Assembly (NCBI RefSeq): GCF_009914755.1
Contig: NC_060927.1
Length of the DNA: 64,000 bases
Direction: 5' to 3' (one strand)
From: the human T2T-CHM13v2.0 reference genome, Homo sapiens
A program made the translations under genes and the position numbers. Positions within the stretch are counted from its first letter, which is position 1, and every line of letters begins with the position of its first letter. The notes under the pieces were generated by a model. That model made no database searches. It had not been told where the DNA came from and saw nothing but the letters and a program-made list of their open reading frames with translations. This document shows, piece by piece, positions 63,801 through 64,000 of this stretch.

Positions 63801-64000
63801 TGTACATAAAATATCAAAGTACCCAAGGTATATATTCTATACTGTACAAAAAATATCAAAGTACCCAAAGCATGTATTATATAATGTACATAAAATATGA
63901 AAGTACATCAAATATATATTTTATTCTGTACATAAAATATCAAAGTACACCAGATATATATTCTATAGCGTACATAAAATATCAAAGTACACAAACTATA

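Larger units (their letters stand above)
1..64000 (+). repeat. Human satellite 1A (HSat1A / SAR / classical satellite I)-type tandem array, 42-bp monomer, about 1,520 monomers, single orientation
   Basis: Continuous 42-bp periodicity (14-aa period in the ORF track). Monomer = 17-bp ACATAAAATAT(C/G)AAAGT + 25-bp ACCCAAACTATACATTATATACTGT-like segment, separated by GTAC (RsaI) sites, the classical 17/25-bp A/B structure of human satellite I. GC about 20%. The array runs off both window ends. Confidence 0.96.

Noticed and set aside
1-64000. CRISPR array or diversity-generating cassette (conserved core plus variable segment every 42 bp)
   Set aside because: The variable parts are homologous, recur in fixed 9-mer order and are not unique spacers. 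There is no leader, cas gene or reverse transcriptase.
1-64000. Alpha satellite/CENP-B boxes, HSat2/3 (CATTC), telomeric repeats, Alu/L1 insertions, HSat1B
   Set aside because: No 171-bp period, CENP-B box, (CATTC)n, (TTAGGG)n or GC-rich/unique interruption was seen. The 2419-bp period here is made only of 42-bp monomers, with no Alu-derived part, so it is not the roughly 2.4-kb HSat1B/DYZ2 unit.
1-64000. TATA boxes (TATAAA, TATATA) as promoters
   Set aside because: Expected in every unit of an about 80% AT repeat; there is no distinguishing context.
1-64000. Assignment to a specific chromosome or to an AT-rich microbial/organellar genome
   Set aside because: The monomer and 378-bp period point to HSat1A, but without flanking unique sequence or a database search, neither the chromosome nor human vs close ape origin can be determined.

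Overview
The whole 64 kb is one uninterrupted, head-to-tail, single-orientation, very AT-rich (about 80% A+T) tandem satellite. It has a 42-bp monomer (17-bp ACATAAAATAT[C/G]AAAGT plus 25-bp ACCCAAA.TATATATTATATACTGT, delimited by GTAC/RsaI sites) organised into a 9-monomer, 378-bp higher-order unit. This matches human satellite 1A (HSat1A/SAR, classical satellite I) of pericentromeric/acrocentric heterochromatin; the chromosome cannot be assigned from the sequence alone. I see no genes, RNA genes, transposon insertions or inversions. All listed ORFs are artefacts of a 42-bp (14-codon) period with one stop-poor frame. The non-trivial content is (i) a layered duplication history readable from diagnostic variants (unit variants of 251/336/373/377/499/536/583 bp, local duplications of 1880/2419/4349/4631 bp, collinear blocks recurring about 13, 19, 27 and 43-46 kb apart), and (ii) a strand-specific, extremely dense array of TGTA[C/T/A]ATA motifs. 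These are canonical Pumilio response elements, overlapping UGUA plus poly(A)-signal-like hexamers, and could matter if this strand is transcribed; that is a hypothesis, not a demonstrated system. Block boundaries are approximate and were read by eye from marker variants and ORF-track offsets.
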